Assembly (NCBI GenBank): GCA_965112735.1
Contig: OZ218956.1
Coordinates: forward strand, 1,984,001 to 2,048,000
DNA length: 64,000 nucleotides
Direction of reading: 5' to 3'
DNA from: Phaeosaccion multiseriatum
Taxonomy: Eukaryota; Protista; Ochrophyta, other classes
This document shows, in pieces, positions 62,177 through 64,000 of the stretch. The translations under genes were made by a program, and so were the position numbers. The notes below the pieces were generated by a model. That model searched no databases and was not told the origin of the DNA. It saw nothing but the letters and a program-made list of their open reading frames with translations. How positions within the stretch are numbered: the first letter of the stretch is position 1; every line of letters begins with the position of its first letter.

Positions 62177-62377
62177 GTGGCCGTGGAGAGAGCGTGGCCG
62201 AAGGGGAGCACTATGGGCTGGGGCCTGGGCAGGGGGGGGGTGGAACTGAGTGATCGGCGTTGATGGGCTCGGTCCAGAGGGGTTGGGGGTGGCCCGTGCC
62301 GTCGGCGTGGGCGAGGGCTGCTGTTGCCGGTGGAGGTGGGCGTGGTTGCGTCTGAGTCTTGTTGTCGGGGTGCGTGG

Positions 62378-62625
62378 TGTGCTAAGCTAAGATAGTAGAA
62401 ACGTTAAGGGGTTTGGACTAAGTATATGCTGCGCCTATGGTGGGGCGTCAGTGTCCGTATTGATAATATATCTCTACTACTTGCTGATGCAAAGCTTGTG
62501 CCCACAAAGAGGAGGGTGCAACGCCAGAGCCGTTGATCCCCCTCGGGGCGTGCCTAGGAAACCGACATTCTTATTATACCCCAGAATGTGTGATCGGAAA
62601 CCCTCAGGCAGGACAATCTACCACA
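62378..62625 (-). repeat. Probable 3' LTR of the Ty3/gypsy element
   Basis: On the minus strand it starts TGTGGTA right after GGGGGTAG (PPT-like) and ends TAGCACA, where the GC-rich CRE sequence resumes. The partner LTR is outside the window. Confidence 0.65.
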
Positions 62626-64000
62626 CTACCCCCAAGCGACAGTTCGAGCCGACTGGGAAGTAAGTGTGTCTATCTAGTTTGTGTCCGCTTTCGTGTGCGC
62701 GCGGAGCGCGGCGGCTTAGTAGCCGATCGCGTCGTAGTCTTGCGCAGATAGGCTCGGACTGCGCTGATCAACTGCTTGTCCTGGCTGATGGTGCTGCAGG
62801 TAGGTCTCCAGTAAACGTGGAGTATCTTCGTGCAGCGCCTCGATGGGCTCCTCGCTATTCTCGAGGGCGTCAAAGCCACGCCACTTAACAATGACGTGCC
62901 ATGAATCATCTGCGTGCTTAACGAGGCCTTCAAAGGCCGCCACCACAAAGTCTTGGGTGTTATACGAAATCTGTTGAAGTACGTCGGTAGTGACGTTAAC
63001 GTGAGCACCGCAGTAGTAGCGGAGCCGGCTGATGTGTACCTCATAGGTACGCTTCTTGCCCACAAGCTCCTCCACCTTGTACACGTGTTGCTCAAGGGCT
63101 TCAAGCACTCGGCAGGGCCCATGCCACTTGCCTAGTATCTTGCTTGTAGGCCCTACTGTTGCAACGAGTACGTAGACTCCGACCTGAAACAGCGTCTCGC
63201 TGTTGAGCTGCTTAGCTCTGGCCAAGTCCTGACGATGCTCTGCACCACGTCTGCCACTCATCAACCTCTGGTTGATGCCATCGCGCTTGTGATCGCGGAG
63301 GGTAGTCAGTTGGCGCGCCGCCTCGGCACGCTGCCCCTCCTTCCTCTGATGGAGTTGTGTCGCAAGGGTGTCTCTCTGCGCCGGGGTCAGCTGCAGTAGC
63401 CGAACCTTTTGCATTCGATCCGCGTCGTGGATCAAAATCGTGTCGAGAGGCCGCTGTGGTACGTGACCACTGTGCAGCTGGATGGGAGACAAGTTAGACC
63501 GACTGCTCTTGTTGGAGCTGTTCTCAACAGCCTCCATCACTGGCAGTAGCTGCGGCCATGTCTCGGGCGGCTGCCGTAGTTCAGACATCATTGATCTCAT
63601 GATCTTCTGCAGTGTCTGTACACCACGCTCGCCCAATCCTCGACTGTATGGGTTGTGTGCCACCACAAAGTGGTGGTTGCACCGCAAGAGCTGACTTAAC
63701 TCACGTATCACCTCATTTAGGAAATGACTGCCTCGGTCACTCTGCCACCTGGGCACTACGCCATGCTGTGCGAACCAGCGCAACAGACCGCGTGCACACA
63801 CTCGTGCAGTAGCTTCCAAACATGGCTCATACATTGACAATGATGAAAAATCATCAAAGATGCACAGCACTTGCTTGACCTGAAGCTTCATGAACCCTTC
63901 TGGGGACTCTGCCCATATGACTCCATCGCCAATCTTGACGAAGTCAAACCAGATGAGTTGCTGGGGTCCAGTGGCGTGCCATTGAGCTAGCAGGGGGCGA
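62378..64000 (-). mobile_element. Ty3/gypsy LTR retrotransposon, 3' part: integrase plus chromodomain (ORF ends at 62716)
   Basis: IWFDFV, IFDDFS, SDRGSHF, P.SRGLGER (DDE), KWHGPCRV (GPY/F), VHISRL, chromodomain VIVKWRGFDALENSEEP. Confidence 0.92.

Larger units (their letters stand above)
55093..62377 (-). mobile_element. Long CRE-like RLE non-LTR retrotransposon copy (C2H2-like finger, two RING/PHD-like fingers, RT, CCHC, RLE), split by three insertions; its 5' part lies beyond the gypsy element
   Basis: ORF pieces 55213-57042, 58755-61541 and 62177-62377 join in frame (about 1600 codons) once the inserts and one copy of each TSD are removed; GPGPSGLRYSHL, RRPIAV.E, QLGV, YQDD. Confidence 0.9.

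Overview
Eukaryotic nuclear DNA, GC-rich, with microsatellite-filled GT-AG introns; gene content suggests a stramenopile/ochrophyte alga (inference). Host genes in order: 3' part of an S1 sulfatase (+); a degenerate RLK/Pelle-like kinase fused to RING-IBR domains (-); COG2 (+); PIG-Q/GPI1 (-), head-to-head with an uninterrupted PPR-SMR ORF (+) of 22 near-clonal repeats; two head-to-head beta-helix/Cys-rich/multi-TM receptor-like paralogues; a GAF hybrid histidine kinase (-); an MFS transporter (+); NOL12/Nop25 (+); and a KsgA/Dim1 methyltransferase with an organellar-type presequence (-). The last 22 kb is dense in mobile elements. It holds several TCG...CGA-ended MITEs with 6-bp TSDs and two young copies plus one old remnant of a CRE-like RLE non-LTR retrotransposon. 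The longer copy is interrupted by three elements: a non-coding LTR element with a 113-bp internal array, a 635-bp triple-hairpin palindrome, and a chromodomain Ty3/gypsy element. Top leads: the TALE-like PPR-SMR array, the hairpin-ended palindrome, the TCG/6-bp-TSD transposon signature, a possibly self-priming LTR element, and a dispersed 14-mer inside unrelated exons. All gene models are read by eye and splice boundaries are approximate; no database searches were run.
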